Source: an uncultured Fibrobacterota bacterium | GTDB lineage: Bacteria; Fibrobacterota; Chitinivibrionia; Chitinivibrionales; FEN-1185 | DNA length: 64,000 nt | Direction: 5' to 3' | Assembly (NCBI GenBank): GCA_963753345.1 | Contig: CAVWBU010000026.1 | Span: 96,001-160,000 of the forward strand | Part shown: piece by piece, positions 39,382 through 49,621 of the stretch | How the letters are laid out: the number at the start of each line of letters is the position of its first letter | Position numbering within the stretch: the first letter of the stretch is position 1 | Program-made: the position numbers and the translations under genes | The notes under the pieces: generated by a model | Told to the model about the DNA's origin: nothing | Database searches by the model: none | The model's input: only the letters and a program-made list of their open reading frames with translations

Positions 39382-41706
39382 ATGACGGCCAGAAGCGTAT
39401 TGCCAGCGGTTTTCTTCCTTCTTTCCATTGTCAATTTGTCTCCCGCCGGCTTCAGCGTGCGGCCGGATTCCGGCGTGATCCTCGTTTGGCAGCACGACAA
39501 GGCGAACTGGGCCGCGGTGAAAGACACCGCCTCCGTTTCGGCCGGCGATTCGCTGTACCTCGACGACAAATACCACGCAAGACTGTTCCTTGGAAACGGC
39601 TGCGCAGTGTTTCTTCGCGGCGAATTGCGCGCGAACCTTGCGGGAAGCGACACTGCTCTCATACTTCACCTCGACGCGGGCCAGCTGTTTTTGAGGCGCG
39701 ACCCCGGCGCGGTGCTTGCAAATGTCAAGGTGGTCCTGCACGGCTGCAAGTTCGTCCCGGTGGGGACGGCCGCATCCTTCAAGTTCACGCGGCAGGGTGA
39801 GCCGTCGGTGGCCGTGCTGTCGGGCAAGGTCCGTGTTGAGCCCGCCAAGGGCGGCACAGCCGAGGTGTTGCCGGGAGAGTTCTGCACCTACGATCCGGTC
39901 CTCGGCGTGTTCAAGCAGGGAAAACTCTCCGCCGAAGCGATTGCCGCGCTGGAAAACTGGTCGGGCGCGAAACTCGAAACCGCGTCCGCAGCTTTGTCGT
40001 CCGAAATGCCGAAGCAGGCGGCAAAGGATACAACCAGCAAGGCCGTACAGCCTGCCGCCGTGCCCCAAGCGGCGCAGCCTGCCCCGGCCCCGCAGCCTGC
40101 GCCCGCAGCGGCCCAGCCTGCGGCCGCCGCGACTCCTGAAAAGCAAGTGGCTACAACGCCTGCGGCCCCGGTGAAGAAGGAAGAAAAACCGGCACAGCCG
40201 GCCGCCGCTCCTGCGGAAGCTCCCGCTCAGAAAGAGGAAAAACCGGCCCCGGCTGCACAGCAGGAGAAGAAGGAGCAGCCCAAGGCCGGCCAGAACGGAG
40301 CGCCCGGGATTACGTGGGAAATTTCGGCCGGGTCCGTCACCGTGGGAACCGAACAATGGACGCGGCTTGCGATCTCCCCGGACATTTCGATCTGGAAATT
40401 CGGCATCGGACTCGACATTGAGCTGTTCCTCAACGCAAACGGAGATTTTTCAAACAAGGCCTGGGATTTCGACCACGACAACTGGGCCGAATCCGTGATG
40501 CGGAAGATCAAGTACCTGCGGTTCGGCTACGAGAACGATCCTGTGTTTGTCAAGATAGGCGGGCTGTCGAACGTGACCCTCGGCTACGGGTTCGTGATGG
40601 ACCGTTTCACCAACATGCTGCACTATCCTGACCAGAAGCTGCTCGGCATGCAGTTTTATCTCAACAACATTTCACCCGTGGGCATCACGCTGCAGACCAT
40701 GATCGCCGATTTTCTGGAGCTCAAGTACGACGGCGGCATTGCCGCCGCGCGGCTTGCCATTTGTCCCATCAAGACTGCGAATGTTCCTATTCTGTCAAAT
40801 TTGTCAATCGGCGCCACCTACGCAATCGACCGAAACGAGTACGCGCCCGCGCGCCAGTGGACGTCGGCGGGCGGGCCTCCCGGCGTGGCATACTGGAGGA
40901 GCAAGTACTCGCCCGCGGTGGTCGATAGCCTTATTGCGGGCGGGGACGCGGATACCAGCAAGTCGGACACCACCTACCGCGATTCCATTTCGCGCTATGC
41001 GATCGCCGGCGTCGACATCGGCCTGCCCATCATCAAGACGGATTTCCTCGGCCTCGACGTGTACGGCCAGGCCGCGGTGGTTGCCGACACTGCGGCGTTC
41101 AAGAGCAACCGCACCGGATGGGGTCTGGGCGCGCCGGGCGTGGCGCTTCGTGCGGGGCCGGTCAGCGCGGGCGCCGAGTACCGTCACATCGTGGGAAGGT
41201 TCGTTCCGGGATATTTCGGGCCGTATTATTTTGACGAGCGGCTGCAGCGGTATCCGACGGTCGAGACGAAATCGCAGAACATCGACAGCACCACCCTCGA
41301 CGGTGTGTTCGGCCGGCTCGGATTCAACATTGTCAATGTCGTCTTCATCGACGGCACTTACCAGTATCTTGCGGGAAAGAACGGCGCCAAGGACCAGCGG
41401 CTTGAGCTTTCAGGCGGGCTGGGAGACGCGCTTCTCAAGCGGATACCGAAGATAACCAAGGCTGAGATATACCTTGACAAGAAGGATATCGGTTCCACGG
41501 TGATGAGCGTCGACAGTATGGGCAAGGAGCACTTCGACGCGTTCTTCGACCTCACGCCGTCGTTCTATTATGGATACCGCATCGGCGTGGCCATCACGCA
41601 GGGCGCGTCGCTCATCTGGGACGCGCGCTTCGGATACCAGTGGGACGTTACGGGGAAGCTGGTTCCGGACAACAGCATGAGCATTATGACGGCGATTACG
41701 TTTTGA
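39382..41706 (+). CDS. Exported protein: FecR-like N-domain, Pro/Ala/Gln linker and putative beta-barrel C-domain
   Basis: L..GQLF...PVGT..F...VAVLSGKVRV is FecR-like. Long PAAQ linker. Ends in F (AITF). Confidence 0.65.
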   Translation: MTARSVLPAVFFLLSIVNLSPAGFSVRPDSGVILVWQHDKANWAAVKDTASVSAGDSLYLDDKYHARLFLGNGCAVFLRGELRANLAGSDTALILHLDAGQLFLRRDPGAVLANVKVVLHGCKFVPVGTAASFKFTRQGEPSVAVLSGKVRVEPAKGGTAEVLPGEFCTYDPVLGVFKQGKLSAEAIAALENWSGAKLETASAALSSEMPKQAAKDTTSKAVQPAAVPQAAQPAPAPQPAPAAAQPAAAATPEKQVATTPAAPVKKEEKPAQPAAAPAEAPAQKEEKPAPAAQQEKKEQPKAGQNGAPGITWEISAGSVTVGTEQWTRLAISPDISIWKFGIGLDIELFLNANGDFSNKAWDFDHDNWAESVMRKIKYLRFGYENDPVFVKIGGLSNVTLGYGFVMDRFTNMLHYPDQKLLGMQFYLNNISPVGITLQTMIADFLELKYDGGIAAARLAICPIKTANVPILSNLSIGATYAIDRNEYAPARQWTSAGGPPGVAYWRSKYSPAVVDSLIAGGDADTSKSDTTYRDSISRYAIAGVDIGLPIIKTDFLGLDVYGQAAVVADTAAFKSNRTGWGLGAPGVALRAGPVSAGAEYRHIVGRFVPGYFGPYYFDERLQRYPTVETKSQNIDSTTLDGVFGRLGFNIVNVVFIDGTYQYLAGKNGAKDQRLELSGGLGDALLKRIPKITKAEIYLDKKDIGSTVMSVDSMGKEHFDAFFDLTPSFYYGYRIGVAITQGASLIWDARFGYQWDVTGKLVPDNSMSIMTAITF

Positions 41707-41779
41707 CAAGTAATTCCCAAGGTTCCGGAATGGCCGCATGCCGCGCCACTGCCGCGGGCGCCTGAGTTATTTTTTAAGC

Positions 41780-43285
41780 ATGAGCGACCGGCGCGCCATT
41801 CTTTCCGAATCCCCCATGATGAAACGGGTGGGGAATGGAAGGAGGGCGCTCTTCGGGTCGCGCTTCCGCATTCCCCGAAAGGGCCGCATCCGCGTCGCCC
41901 TTGTCCTTATCGCCCTTGTCGCGGTTGTAAAGATTTTCAGCGCGAGGGAGCCACTTGATCGCGCTTCGGCGCCGGGCCCGGCCCCGACGGCTCCGGAAGA
42001 ACATGCCGTGCTGCCGTTGCCCGCGGCGGCACACGCCGCGCCGGCGCCGCTCGCTGCTGCACAAACCGCGCTCCCGTCGCAGCCGCATCATCCGCTGTTC
42101 GGCTTTTTCAAACCGGAAATTCCGCACCATGCTTTTTCGGCCTCGGTTCTTGCCGACCTGTTGAGGAAATATCCGCCCCGGCTCAACACGTCGTCCGACA
42201 CCGTTGCCTCAGGCGGCCGGTCATACGTTTTCCATTACAGCTTCGACAGCACGGTGGCGCGTTGCGGCCAGACGCTCCTCAGGCAATATCATCCTAAATA
42301 CGGCGCGGTTGTGGCGCTGGAGGCGGCCACCGGCAGGGTGCTGGCGCTCATCTCGTACACCAGAGAGGCGGAGCCGGCGCTGGGTGACAACCTGTACGGG
42401 CGGAGTCTGTTTCCCGCCGCATCGGTGTTCAAGACCGTCACGGCCTCGGCTGCCATCGAGAAAGGCCACATGAACCCTGACAGCAGGGTTCCGCTCGCGG
42501 GCCGCAGGTACACCCTTTACCGATTCCAACTCAAGGAGGAGCTCGCGGCCTACGAGCCGGTGTCGCTGCAGGACGCGTACGCCTACTCCATCAACCCGGT
42601 GTTCGGCAGGATAGGGTTGTATGTTCTGGGTCCGGAGATAATCCGCGAATACATGGGCAAGTTCGGGTTCAACTGCGAAATCCCCTTCGAACTTGACAAT
42701 GAGAAACCGGTTGCGGCCATCGCCGACAAAGACTCCGCGGTCCTTGTGGCGGAAATCGCCTCCGGCTTCAACGGGAAGACCAAGATGTCCCCGCTGTTCG
42801 GCGCCATGCTCGCCGCCGGCGTTTCGGAAAAGGGGCGCATGCCCGCCCCGTTCTTTGTGGACAGCGTGACTTGCGGCGACTCCTGCGTGGTGTTCCGCGC
42901 CGCACCGCGCGTGTGGCGCTCGCCCGTGCGCGAAAGCACGGCCGCCCTGCTCAAGGGAATGATGACGCGCGTGGCCCAGTACGGCACCGCGAGGAACTCA
43001 TTCCGGTATATCAAGCACTCATCCCAGTTCGACGACATCGAGTACGGCGGGAAGACGGGGTCGGTCGACGACGAGAAACTCGGCAAGGTGGATTGGTTCA
43101 TCGGCTTCGCCTCGAATCCTTCGGACGCGCGGCAGCGCATCGCCGTGGGCGTGGTGACGGTGCACGACCAGTTCTGGACCGTTCATTCGAGCTTTATCGG
43201 GGCCGAAATATTCAGGAAATACATACGCCGGACACAGAGCATGGAAAAGGCGGTGGTTAAGAATACGACGAGGCCGGTGGGATGA
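41780..43285 (+). CDS. Penicillin-binding transpeptidase domain protein
   Basis: SxxK (SVFK), SxN (SIN) and KTG motifs. One N-terminal TM helix. Confidence 0.88.
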   Translation: MSDRRAILSESPMMKRVGNGRRALFGSRFRIPRKGRIRVALVLIALVAVVKIFSAREPLDRASAPGPAPTAPEEHAVLPLPAAAHAAPAPLAAAQTALPSQPHHPLFGFFKPEIPHHAFSASVLADLLRKYPPRLNTSSDTVASGGRSYVFHYSFDSTVARCGQTLLRQYHPKYGAVVALEAATGRVLALISYTREAEPALGDNLYGRSLFPAASVFKTVTASAAIEKGHMNPDSRVPLAGRRYTLYRFQLKEELAAYEPVSLQDAYAYSINPVFGRIGLYVLGPEIIREYMGKFGFNCEIPFELDNEKPVAAIADKDSAVLVAEIASGFNGKTKMSPLFGAMLAAGVSEKGRMPAPFFVDSVTCGDSCVVFRAAPRVWRSPVRESTAALLKGMMTRVAQYGTARNSFRYIKHSSQFDDIEYGGKTGSVDDEKLGKVDWFIGFASNPSDARQRIAVGVVTVHDQFWTVHSSFIGAEIFRKYIRRTQSMEKAVVKNTTRPVG

Positions 43286-43307
43286 TTTGCAAATAATAAA
43301 TTATCTA

Positions 43308-43450
43308 GGCGGGGGAAGGCTCCCCCTCGCTCCGTCCTCCTCGGCCTCTGGCCTGCGGTGTCCTCCGCTACCCCCTCCTGGGTGCACCCCAAGAGGGAGC
43401 AGTTGCAAGAATCAAGCACCCGTGTGGGGGCACCCGCGGAGAGCAGCTGG
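43308..43450 (+). repeat. Intergenic repeat family B, copy 2
   Basis: gggggaaggctccccctcgctccg..ctccgctaccccctcctgggtg...gggggcacccgcggagagcag. Confidence 0.8.
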
Positions 43451-43504
43451 TACGGCGCTCGGTTTTTTGATTTTCAATTGCCGCGAAGCGGCATACCGCA
43501 ATGG

Positions 43505-43652
43505 TTGCGTTGCGAAGGGGCGTCGCTTCGCGAGCGTCAAGCGAGCGACTTCGGCGCGCCCCATCGCAGGAGGGGGTGTGCCCCAAGACCCCGCAGGCCG
43601 TAGGCCGAGGAGGCTTGGGGCCAGGGGGAAACGCGAAGCGGTGCCCCCACCA
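43505..43652 (-). repeat. Divergent family B copy, inverted relative to copy 2
   Basis: Reverse complement ggggg..ttccccct..cctcctcggcct.cggcctgcgg.gtc..accccctcctg. Its 19-nt end acgcgaagcggtgccccca recurs at about 44755. Confidence 0.7.
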
Positions 43653-43673
43653 GAGCTTTTTGATATACAATTT

Positions 43674-44582
43674 ATGGAAAATTTGAAATCAAATTCCCGC
43701 TCAGCATTCATTGCCCTTGCGGGAAGACCCAATTCCGGCAAGTCCACGCTCATGAACACCGTGCTGGGCGAGGAGCTTTCCATTGTGTCAACCATGCCCC
43801 AGACCACGCGCAAGAACCTGCGCGGCATCTACAATGCGCCCGGGCTCCAACTTGTGTTTATTGACACGCCGGGAATTCACCGGGGAAAGCACGCCTTTAA
43901 CGAGCGCATGCTCGAAGAGGCCGCGGCCGCGCTCAAGGACAATGCCGACATCGTGTGCTACATCGTGGACCTGGCACGGGAATTCGGCGAAGAGGAAGAC
44001 ATTGTGGCCCGCATCGTTTCCGGCGCAAAGGCGCCGTGCGTAATACTGTTTAACAAAAAGGACATCTGCGACGCGCCGGACGCCATGGTAAAAACGTTTT
44101 TCGAGCGCCATCCGGCGCTGGCGTCGGCACCGCATGCAGCCGTGAACGCCAAAGAACCCGCTACAAAAGAAATCTTTCTGCGTTTAATCGACCCCTTTAT
44201 TCCGGCCGGGCCCGCGCATTTCCCCCCGGATGACTTGACGGACGCGAACACAAGATTCTTTGCGGCCGAATATGTGCGCAAGCAGATCATCTACAACACC
44301 ACTGACGAAGTACCGCACGCCGCCCACGTGGAGATCACGGGATACCGCGAATCGCCGGCCCAGCATAATGTAGACGCGGTGATCTATGTGGAAACCGACG
44401 GACAGAAAGCCATCATCATAGGGAAGGCCGGCAGGCTCATAAAAAAAATTCAGGAACGGGCGAGCCAGGACCTGCAGAAGCTGACCGGCGTGCCGGCGTC
44501 GATACGGTGTCATGTGAGAGTGCGGAAGGGGTGGAGGGATGATGAAAGATTTTTAAAGCAGGCGGGGTATGGGAAACAATAG
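43674..44582 (+). CDS. era: GTPase Era
   Basis: GRPNSGKSTL, PQTTR, DTPG, NKKD, EVPH and KH-domain QKAIIIGKAG...W. Confidence 0.93.
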   Translation: MENLKSNSRSAFIALAGRPNSGKSTLMNTVLGEELSIVSTMPQTTRKNLRGIYNAPGLQLVFIDTPGIHRGKHAFNERMLEEAAAALKDNADIVCYIVDLAREFGEEEDIVARIVSGAKAPCVILFNKKDICDAPDAMVKTFFERHPALASAPHAAVNAKEPATKEIFLRLIDPFIPAGPAHFPPDDLTDANTRFFAAEYVRKQIIYNTTDEVPHAAHVEITGYRESPAQHNVDAVIYVETDGQKAIIIGKAGRLIKKIQERASQDLQKLTGVPASIRCHVRVRKGWRDDERFLKQAGYGKQ

Positions 44583-44647
44583 GAGCTTGAAGTAATTCTG
44601 TGGAAAAGAAAAGTGTGTGATGGTCCTGGAAGAATAAATCCAAAATA

Positions 44648-44733
44648 AAGATATGGAAAGGGCTCCGCCCTTTAGATCCCGCTAGGAAAATGCTTATTAT
44701 AATGCCCCTCCAACCTCCCCCCGGGGAGGCTTT
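44648..44733 (+). repeat. Intergenic repeat family A, copy 3
   Basis: Nearly identical to 3297-3381. Confidence 0.85.
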
Positions 44734-44908
44734 CAACGGAAAGAGCACATAGCGACGCGAAGCGGTGCCCCCACTAAATTAATTATTAATATCCCGAGCT
44801 ATTTGTACATTCTTTACAGTAGCGCTTGAACCATCAACAAGTGTATTTTTTCATATTCTGAATTCTGATCCTCACCGTCACCGACTTCCGTCCCCCGGAG
44901 TGAGCCCT

Positions 44909-46729
44909 ATGTCCCGTTTCTTTCTTCGCATGTCCCTGTTGATTGTCCTTGCTTTGTGCTTCGTGTCGAAAGCGTCACCCCTTGACGATCCTCAGGTGGT
45001 TTACAAGAAGGCAACCGACTGCTACAAACAGGCGAAGTACGATTCCTGCTCGGCTGTGATCCGCTCGTTTCTCAAGGTCCATGGCAACGACAGCGCGGCG
45101 GAATACCTTGTGCCCCTTCTTATCGAGTCGAGCGTGCGGGAAAACGATTATGCGCTGGCGGGTCGCCTGTTCCAGATCTATCTCAAACGGTATCCCTCGT
45201 CCGTGTTCATGCCCCGGCTGTGGTATCTCGACGGACTGTTTCTTGCAAAAAGCGAAAGTTACACCGCCGCGCTCGCCGCGTTCTCCAACGCGCTGTCGGG
45301 CGGGGTGGCCGGCGGCCTCGACACGCTCACGCTCGCCAACGTCCAGAAGATGTGCGAGAAGGTGTTCACCGCCGACGAGCTCGACGCGCTCATTCCGCGC
45401 TCCGATCTGCATCCCCGCATCGCGGAGGTGCTGGCCTATTTTCAGATTGTAAAGCTGTTCGGCGCCGGCCAGCTGGTGCGCGCAAAGGAAAAGGCCGAGC
45501 GCTATCTCCGGGTCTACGACCGTGCGCCGCACGCCGCGGCGGTGAAGGAGTACATGAACAAGGCCAACGAGCTGGAGCGCGGCCAGGTTCAGATCGGGGT
45601 TCTGGCGCCGCTCTCGGGCTACGATGCCGACATCGGCAAGCAGATCGTGACCGGCGCGCAGGTGGCGTTCGACCAGTACGCGGCGTCGACCGGCGCCAGG
45701 CTCAACCTTGTCACATGCGACACGCGCGGGAACATGATAGAGACCGCGAAGAAGACCAAGGAACTCCTTACGGAGCACCATGTTCCCGTCATCCTGGGGC
45801 CTGTGCTGTCGCAGGAGGCGATCGTTGCGGCGTCGATCCTGATGGACAAGGACGCGGTGATGGTGTCCCCCACGGCGACCGACGACGGCATTGCCGGGAT
45901 GGGGCCGAACATTTTCCAGATGAACGTCACGCTCGCCACCCTGGGCGCCAAGATCGCCCGCTATGCAATGGACAATCTTAACATCCGCGACTTCGCGATC
46001 ATCGGCCCGTCGTCCGACTACGCCAGGGACCTGGCCCGCGGCTTCCGCAGGGAGGTGGAGAAGAGCGGCAGGGAGATTGTGTCCGAGGAGAGCTACGAAG
46101 AAGGGACCAAGGATTTCAAGGTGCAGTTTGACAACCTGAAGACCAAACTCATCATGCGTAAGCAGCAGCGCACAGCCGTGGAAAAAAGCCTGGCCGGCGA
46201 CGCGCAGCCGTCCCCGAAGACCGACCCCAAACTTGCCGCCGCCGCGGACTCCGGCTATGAGATCGGCGGTATCTTCCTTCCGGCAGAGGCCGAGGACGTG
46301 GTGATGCTCGCGCCGCAGGTGCCCTATCACCATATCAGGACGCAGTTGCTCGGTTCCACCGGCTGGCACAACCCGAAGACCATCGCCGACGGAAGGGAAT
46401 ACGTGAACAACGCGCTCTTCTCCTCGAACCTTTCGGTCGGCCTCGCCGAAACCAAGGACTGGCAGGATTTCAAGGCACTTTACAAAAGCAAGTTCGGCGC
46501 CGATCCTGACCGCGTCGCCGCCCTCGGCTACGACGCCGCCTCACTCATCACTCAGGCGCTGCGGCAGGCGGGCGTGTCGGCGTCGGCATCCCAGATTTCG
46601 CAGGTCCTCGCATCAATCAAGAACTACAAGGGAGCGTCCGGCCTTATATCATTCGATCCCGCGCAGAGGATCAATACCGAGGCGTCGATTATTAAAATTA
46701 AAGACAAACAATTTATTAGAGTCCAATAA
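44909..46729 (+). CDS. LpoA-like penicillin-binding protein activator / type 1 periplasmic binding protein with N-terminal TPR
   Basis: Signal peptide, TPR-like helices, IGVLAPLSG, ILGP, LGYDAA and GASGLISFD. Confidence 0.75.
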   Translation: MSRFFLRMSLLIVLALCFVSKASPLDDPQVVYKKATDCYKQAKYDSCSAVIRSFLKVHGNDSAAEYLVPLLIESSVRENDYALAGRLFQIYLKRYPSSVFMPRLWYLDGLFLAKSESYTAALAAFSNALSGGVAGGLDTLTLANVQKMCEKVFTADELDALIPRSDLHPRIAEVLAYFQIVKLFGAGQLVRAKEKAERYLRVYDRAPHAAAVKEYMNKANELERGQVQIGVLAPLSGYDADIGKQIVTGAQVAFDQYAASTGARLNLVTCDTRGNMIETAKKTKELLTEHHVPVILGPVLSQEAIVAASILMDKDAVMVSPTATDDGIAGMGPNIFQMNVTLATLGAKIARYAMDNLNIRDFAIIGPSSDYARDLARGFRREVEKSGREIVSEESYEEGTKDFKVQFDNLKTKLIMRKQQRTAVEKSLAGDAQPSPKTDPKLAAAADSGYEIGGIFLPAEAEDVVMLAPQVPYHHIRTQLLGSTGWHNPKTIADGREYVNNALFSSNLSVGLAETKDWQDFKALYKSKFGADPDRVAALGYDAASLITQALRQAGVSASASQISQVLASIKNYKGASGLISFDPAQRINTEASIIKIKDKQFIRVQ

Positions 46730-46747
46730 TAGAAGATAATTAACATG

Positions 46748-46903
46748 TGGGGGAGGTTTCCCCCTCGCTCCGGCCGCCTTCGGCGTCCTCCGCTACCCCC
46801 TCCTGGGTGGCTCCCTTGACAAAGTGGCTGCAAGACCAAACATTGCTGCGGGGGCACCCACGAAGAGCAGTTGAGAGGTTGATAAGTTGAGGAGTTGAGA
46901 AGA
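46748..46903 (+). repeat. Family B copy with (GTTGAgra)4 octamer tail
   Basis: Family B core followed by gttgagag gttgataa gttgagga gttgagaa. Confidence 0.8.
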
Positions 46904-46929
46904 ATAATCGCCCTGACTCATAGATTGTG

Positions 46930-47136
46930 CAAAGCGATTGGCGCGAGAAAGGGAAATTGACTAAATAGAATTCCGATGCCGCGCGTTAGGGGCGACTGAA
47001 GGCCGCGCTGGAGCGCGGTGCTGCCTGACCACGGCCCGCAGGGCCTTTGTGGCAGGCAGCCCGAGGCCGAAGGCCGAGACCGGAAGGAGAACCGGCCCGA
47101 GCCTGAGTCTTGACGAAGGCGAGGGGAACGCCCAAG
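46930..47136 (-). repeat. Intergenic repeat family C copy
   Basis: The reverse complement closely matches 49268-49475 and 49998-50190. Confidence 0.85.
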
Positions 47137-47159
47137 TAAACTACTAAAATTAGTATTCA

Positions 47160-48017
47160 ATGCATTTATTCTACTTTATCAAAGAAGCATTCCGCGGGTT
47201 CTACCAGGCAAAGCTCATGACCTTTGTCTCGGTGGCGACCATCGGGCTCACCCTGTTTTTTCTGGGGTGCATGGCCGTGGGATACATCAACGTGCGGCAG
47301 GGACTCAGGTCGGCGGCCGGCCGCGTGGCGGCCGTGGTGTATGTGAAGGACGGCGCGGCCGCCGACACCGCAAAGCTCGCCGCGCTCGTGGCGCGGGTGC
47401 GCGCCTGCCCGCAGGTCGCGTCGGCGCGCGTTGTGGACAAACAGGAAGCATGGCAGCGGTTCAAGACGCAGAACGACAGCGCCATGCTCCAGGCGGTCGA
47501 CGAAAACCCGTTTCCCGTGTCCATCGAGCTCGTTCTGGCCGAGACATCGCGTTCCGCGGCGTCGCTCGAGACGCTGTCGCGCGAACTGACGGCCATCGAC
47601 GGGGTCGAGGACTTCCGGATGTCGACCTCGGAGCTGCAGCAGCTCGAGCGCTACACAACGCTGTTTCTGATCGGGACGATCATTTTCTTTATCGTGCTCG
47701 TGGTCGCTCCCAACGTGATGATTGCCAACACCATCAAGCTCACCATCTACGCGAGGCGCGAGCTTATCCGCAATATGCACTTCGTGGGCGCGACGCCCGC
47801 GTACATCAAGGCGCCGTTTATTCTCGAAGGCATGCTGCAGGGCGTGTTCGGCGGGTGCTTCGGCGCGGCTGCGCTCCTTCTTGTCAAGCTGGCGCTCGCG
47901 CATTTCCTCCTTTCATGGGGGCCATGGTACCTGATTGTCTCACTCTTTGTCGCGACGGGGGCGCTGTTCGGGTGCATAGGAAGCATGAGCGCGGTTCGCA
48001 GATTCCTCGTGTCCTGA
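47160..48017 (+). CDS. ftsX: Cell division permease FtsX
   Basis: ENPFP, NTIKLTIYARRELI..MHFVGAT..YIKAPF.LEG and four TM helices. Confidence 0.9.
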   Translation: MHLFYFIKEAFRGFYQAKLMTFVSVATIGLTLFFLGCMAVGYINVRQGLRSAAGRVAAVVYVKDGAAADTAKLAALVARVRACPQVASARVVDKQEAWQRFKTQNDSAMLQAVDENPFPVSIELVLAETSRSAASLETLSRELTAIDGVEDFRMSTSELQQLERYTTLFLIGTIIFFIVLVVAPNVMIANTIKLTIYARRELIRNMHFVGATPAYIKAPFILEGMLQGVFGGCFGAAALLLVKLALAHFLLSWGPWYLIVSLFVATGALFGCIGSMSAVRRFLVS

Positions 48018-49225
48018 TAGCGGTCCTCGCTGTCGGGTGCTGTATCCCGCTGTTTGCAAAAAACAACAGGAAACCCGCGGCCGCGCTCGCGCCCGCGCCT
48101 GTCGTAAGCGCGGACTATGAAAAAAAAATCGAAGAGAAAAACGCGGTCCTCGACTCGATAAAAAACGAGCTTGAAAAGGGCAGGCGGAAACTGCGCGAGC
48201 TTGCCGGCCAGGAGGGCACGGTGGTCGCGCAGCTCGAACAGGTGGAAGAAAACATCGCCACGTCGGAGGCCTACCTTCTCCGGATCGCGGTGAAAATCGA
48301 TTCGACGTCGCGTTCCGTTACCGCCCTCGGCGCGAGCCTGGATTCGGCAGACCGGGAGCTTGCGTGGCGCCAGGGTCTCATGAAGAAGCGCCTGCGCGCC
48401 ATGTACAAGTCGGGCCCCGTGGCAATGACCGGGCTCCTCCTCGCGTCGCGCTCCATTGCCGACATGCTCAACCGCGCCCGGTACTACCGCGAGCTCAACC
48501 GCTACGACCGCAGGCTCATGGCCGGCATCGACGCCGTGAGGAAGAGGATCGCGCTTGACAAGTCGGCGCTCGAGCGCGAGGAGAAGCGGCTCACCGCGCT
48601 CAAGTGCGACAAGGAGACCGAGCACGGCGCGCTCGTGGCCGAGCAGGCGTCGCACGAAAAGCTCCTTGCCCAGGTGCGGTCGCAGAAAGACGCGTATGTC
48701 AAGATGATCAGGGAGCTCGAGGCGGCCCAGCGGGAGGTGGAGAACATCGTGGCGACGCTGGAGAAGAGCAGGCGCACCAAACCGCGCTCCGCGTGGGAAA
48801 AGAGCCTGAACGCCACGTTTGAAAAGGAGAAAGGCTCTCTGCCGTGGCCCGTTGCCGGGAGCGTGGTCGCCGAATTCGGCAGGGTGGTGCACTCGGTGTA
48901 CAAGACCGTCACCAACAACACGGGCATCGACATCAGCGCGGAGAAGGGCGAAACGGTGTACTGCGTCGCGTCGGGCAAGGTGGTCTACGTGGGCTGGATG
49001 CGCGGGCTGGGCAAGCTTGTCATTGTGGACCACGGAGGCTACTATACAACGTACGCCAGGCTCGAAGAGACGCGGGTGTCCAAGGACGATAAGGTCGCCG
49101 CCGGAACCGTGCTCGGCATCGTGGGCGAGCCCAACCCGTTCGATCCGCCGAAATTGCATTTTGAGATAAGAAAATCGACAGAAGCGATGGATCCGGCGGA
49201 GTGGCTGGGGAAAAAGAAGAAGTGA
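47972..49225 (+). CDS. envC: Murein hydrolase activator EnvC-like (coiled coil + degenerate M23 domain)
   Basis: Long coiled coil, KGSLPWPV.G, NTGIDI, IVDHG.YYT.Y and LHFEIR. Follows ftsX. The GTG start at 47972 is inferred. Confidence 0.82.
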   Translation: MHRKHERGSQIPRVLIAVLAVGCCIPLFAKNNRKPAAALAPAPVVSADYEKKIEEKNAVLDSIKNELEKGRRKLRELAGQEGTVVAQLEQVEENIATSEAYLLRIAVKIDSTSRSVTALGASLDSADRELAWRQGLMKKRLRAMYKSGPVAMTGLLLASRSIADMLNRARYYRELNRYDRRLMAGIDAVRKRIALDKSALEREEKRLTALKCDKETEHGALVAEQASHEKLLAQVRSQKDAYVKMIRELEAAQREVENIVATLEKSRRTKPRSAWEKSLNATFEKEKGSLPWPVAGSVVAEFGRVVHSVYKTVTNNTGIDISAEKGETVYCVASGKVVYVGWMRGLGKLVIVDHGGYYTTYARLEETRVSKDDKVAAGTVLGIVGEPNPFDPPKLHFEIRKSTEAMDPAEWLGKKKK

Positions 49226-49267
49226 AAATGGGGCGGAAGATAATAGCAAACAAAGAAAGAGAAGAGT

Positions 49268-49475
49268 TGGGCGTTCCCCTCGCCCTCGCTAACGCTCGGT
49301 CTCGGGTCGGCCGTCCTTCCGGTCTCGGCCTTCGGCCTCGGGCTGCCTGCCACGAGGGCCCAGCGGGCCGTGGTCAGGCAGCACCGCGCTCCGGCGCAGC
49401 CTCCAGTCCTGCCTAACGCGTGGCAACTGGAATCTATTCTGTCAATTAGCTTTTCTTGCGCCAATCGGCATCCGC
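49268..49475 (+). repeat. Intergenic repeat family C copy
   Basis: ttgggcgttcccctcgc...ggtctcggccttcggcctcgggctgcctgccac...gcagcaccgcgctcc...cctaacgcg. Confidence 0.85.
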
Positions 49476-49621
49476 AACAAAATCGATATCCGCATGACCT
49501 CTTTGAATTCTGAACGTTTCAACTATTCAACGTTTCAACGCTTTTTCTTCTCAACTTCTCAACATAAGATAAGCAACGGATGTGGCGGCTATCCCACTTT
49601 GTCTAAACATCTCGAAGAGGA

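Noticed and set aside
40040-40280. Repetitive GC-rich DNA
   Set aside because: Explained by the Pro/Ala/Gln protein linker.
43287-43673. N-terminal extension of Era in the ORF track (similarly for greA 2457 and envC 47267)
   Set aside because: Read-through of repeat, leader or overlapping DNA. Homology begins at downstream starts.
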